Below are positions 16,320 to 17,890 of a stretch of 17,890 bases of DNA, piece after piece (the stretch's first letter is position 1; each line of letters opens with the position of its first letter). Both the position numbers and the translations under genes were made by a program. Below the pieces are notes generated by a model. The model did no database searches, was not told the origin of the DNA, and worked only from the letters and a program-made list of their open reading frames with translations. Source of the stretch: a bacterium (GTDB taxonomy: Bacteria > Eisenbacteria > RBG-16-71-46); assembly GCA_043779265.1 (NCBI GenBank), contig JAYWEM010000148.1:1-17890 (forward strand), written 5' to 3'.

Positions 16320-17306
16320 GTGCGATCCCGCGCTGCAGCGCCCCGTGCTCGAGCCGCGGCTCCCGGTGACGGCCTCGCCCTGATCGAGCGTGCGCGAGGT
16401 GGGAGCTTCCCCGGGACGCTCCATGTCGAGGGGCCCGATGAGGCGCTCAAGCGCGCGTTCCTCGCGGAGCTGAAGCTGGCGTGGGCCAAGGCCGTCCCCG
16501 AGGCGGCCATCGCCCGCATCCTGCGTCCGGGCGAGGACGACGTGGATGCCATCTTGAACGCCTACCACGGCGTCTCGATGTTCACGCCGCGCGAGCTGAC
16601 GATCGTGCTCGACATCGAGGAGCTGACGCGCTCGGAGAAGAAGGTGGCAGCGCTCGCGGCGGGACTCGCGAGGCCGGGCGGTGAGTCGACTCTGGTGCTG
16701 GTCGAGTCGGCCGCCGACAGCGAGCGCAAGACGCTCGAGCCGCTGCGGGTCGCGTGCAAGGCCCGCTTCTCGTCACTCGATGCGAGTCGGAGCCAGTTGC
16801 TCGCCTGGGGTGCGGCTCGCCTGTCGGCCTGGCAGCTCGAAGCCGACCGCGGCGTGCTCGAGTCGCTGTTCGATCGCTGCGAGGGAGAGTCGCTCGCGTT
16901 CTTCAACGAACTCTCCAAGCTGCCGTCGTTGGCCGAGGCGGGTCGGGTCACCGACGCGCACATCGCCTCGCTCATGCGCCCGACCGTCGGCGCCGACCTG
17001 CCGGACTTCTTGGCCGCGCTGGCCGCAGGCGATGGCGCCACCGCGCAACAGCGACTCGGGCGGCTGCTCGCCGCGGGCGAGAACGAGGGGACCATCCTGT
17101 TCGCGCTCTCGAATCTGGTCGGTGGCGCGTTCGGGGGCTGGGCCAAGAACAAGGCCGCATCGGCCACACTGGGCCGTCGCCTGGGGCCCGGCAAGCTCGC
17201 CCGCGCCGTCGATTCCGTCTATCGGGCCGAGGCAGCCTGGAAGTCCGGGCGATTGGATGCCGTGACGGCGCTCGAGCAGGCGACACGTGAGGTCGCGAGC
17301 GCCTGA
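16320..17306 (+). CDS. holA: DNA polymerase III delta subunit (divergent)
   Basis: Probable GTG start at 16320 after GACGAGG. '[11 protein letters not shown]' resembles the delta S(L/M)F clamp-binding motif, and 'AFFNELSKL' resembles the 'EL.KL' motif. Size and position after lptE fit holA. Confidence 0.72.
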   Translation: MRSRAAAPRARAAAPGDGLALIERARGGSFPGTLHVEGPDEALKRAFLAELKLAWAKAVPEAAIARILRPGEDDVDAILNAYHGVSMFTPRELTIVLDIEELTRSEKKVAALAAGLARPGGESTLVLVESAADSERKTLEPLRVACKARFSSLDASRSQLLAWGAARLSAWQLEADRGVLESLFDRCEGESLAFFNELSKLPSLAEAGRVTDAHIASLMRPTVGADLPDFLAALAAGDGATAQQRLGRLLAAGENEGTILFALSNLVGGAFGGWAKNKAASATLGRRLGPGKLARAVDSVYRAEAAWKSGRLDAVTALEQATREVASA

Positions 17307-17329
17307 GCCGCGGCTCCGAGCCGCTTCGC

Positions 17330-17359
17330 GTGACGGCCGCCAAGGCGTTCCGCTATGTT
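17330..17359 (+). promoter_or_regulatory. Possible sigma70-type promoter for leuS
   Basis: GTGACG (17330-17335), 18-nt spacer, TATGTT (17354-17359). SD-like AGGAG near 17390. Confidence 0.35.
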
Positions 17360-17406
17360 CGCGGCCAACCTTCCGCCCTCTCGCCGCGCAGGAGCCCCGC
17401 CGCCTC

Positions 17407-17890
17407 ATGAGCGTTCATCGCTATCCCTTCGCCCAGGTCGAACCCGTGTGGCAGCAGCACTGGGTCGAGCACAAGACGTTCCGGGCGAGCGACGACACGA
17501 CCGCCCCCAAGTACTACTGCATCGACATGTTCCCGTACCCGAGCGGCGCGGGATTGCACGTGGGGCATCTCGAGGGCTACACGGCGACCGACATCCAGTG
17601 CCGCTACAAACGGATGCGCGGATTCAATGTGCTGCACTGCACCGGCTGGGATGCGTTCGGGCTGCCGGCCGAAGAGCACGCGATCAAGACCGGTACGCAT
17701 CCGCGAATCACCACCGAGCAGAACATCGACACGTTCCGGCGGCAGCTCAAGATGCTCGGCTTCAGCTACGACTGGAGCCGCGAGTTCTCGACGACCGACC
17801 CCGAGTACTTCCGCTGGACCCAGTGGATTTTTCTGCAAATTTTCCACACGTGGTTCGACCCGGCGTGTGAATGGACCGGCCCGGACGATC
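17407..17890 (+). CDS. leuS: Leucine--tRNA ligase, N-terminal part (3' truncated; absent from the ORF track because it has no stop in the window)
   Basis: Manual translation from ATG 17407: [19 protein letters not shown]...[29 protein letters not shown]...[10 protein letters not shown]...[26 protein letters not shown]. Contains the LeuRS HIGH motif (HVGH). Confidence 0.97.
   Translation, partial: MSVHRYPFAQVEPVWQQHWVEHKTFRASDDTTAPKYYCIDMFPYPSGAGLHVGHLEGYTATDIQCRYKRMRGFNVLHCTGWDAFGLPAEEHAIKTGTHPRITTEQNIDTFRRQLKMLGFSYDWSREFSTTDPEYFRWTQWIFLQIFHTWFDPACEWTGPDD

Noticed and set aside
17307..17406. T-box or attenuator ahead of leuS
   Set aside because: The spacer is only 100 nt with no T-box consensus. 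There is just a short GCGGCT/AGCCGC hairpin without a convincing U-tract.

Overview
High-GC bacterial chromosomal window in which every credible gene is on the + strand. Order: 3' part of recN; a tightly coupled tryptophan operon trpE-trpG-trpD-(RDD-family gene)-trpC-trpF-trpB with no trpA; tRNA-Arg(CCG); a UbiE/MenG-family methyltransferase with an unusual hydrophobic C-terminal extension; a near-consensus sigma54 (-24/-12) promoter ahead of a GAF-GGDEF nucleotide cyclase; a WbpB/WbpD/WbpE-like amino-sugar trio; a GAF-PAS histidine kinase with a Cys-rich insert plus an NtrC-family sigma54 activator; lptE-like lipoprotein, holA and the 5' part of leuS. The most notable signal is in the GGDEF protein: it has Ser in place of the guanine-specifying Asp (NDxxGHxxGS), the signature of Hypr GGDEF enzymes that make 3',3'-cGAMP. 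With the sigma54 promoter and the nearby kinase/enhancer-binding pair, this suggests (inference) a sigma54-controlled cGAMP signalling module next to surface-sugar genes. No mobile element, CRISPR array or rRNA was seen. All calls come from motif recognition by eye; no searches were run.
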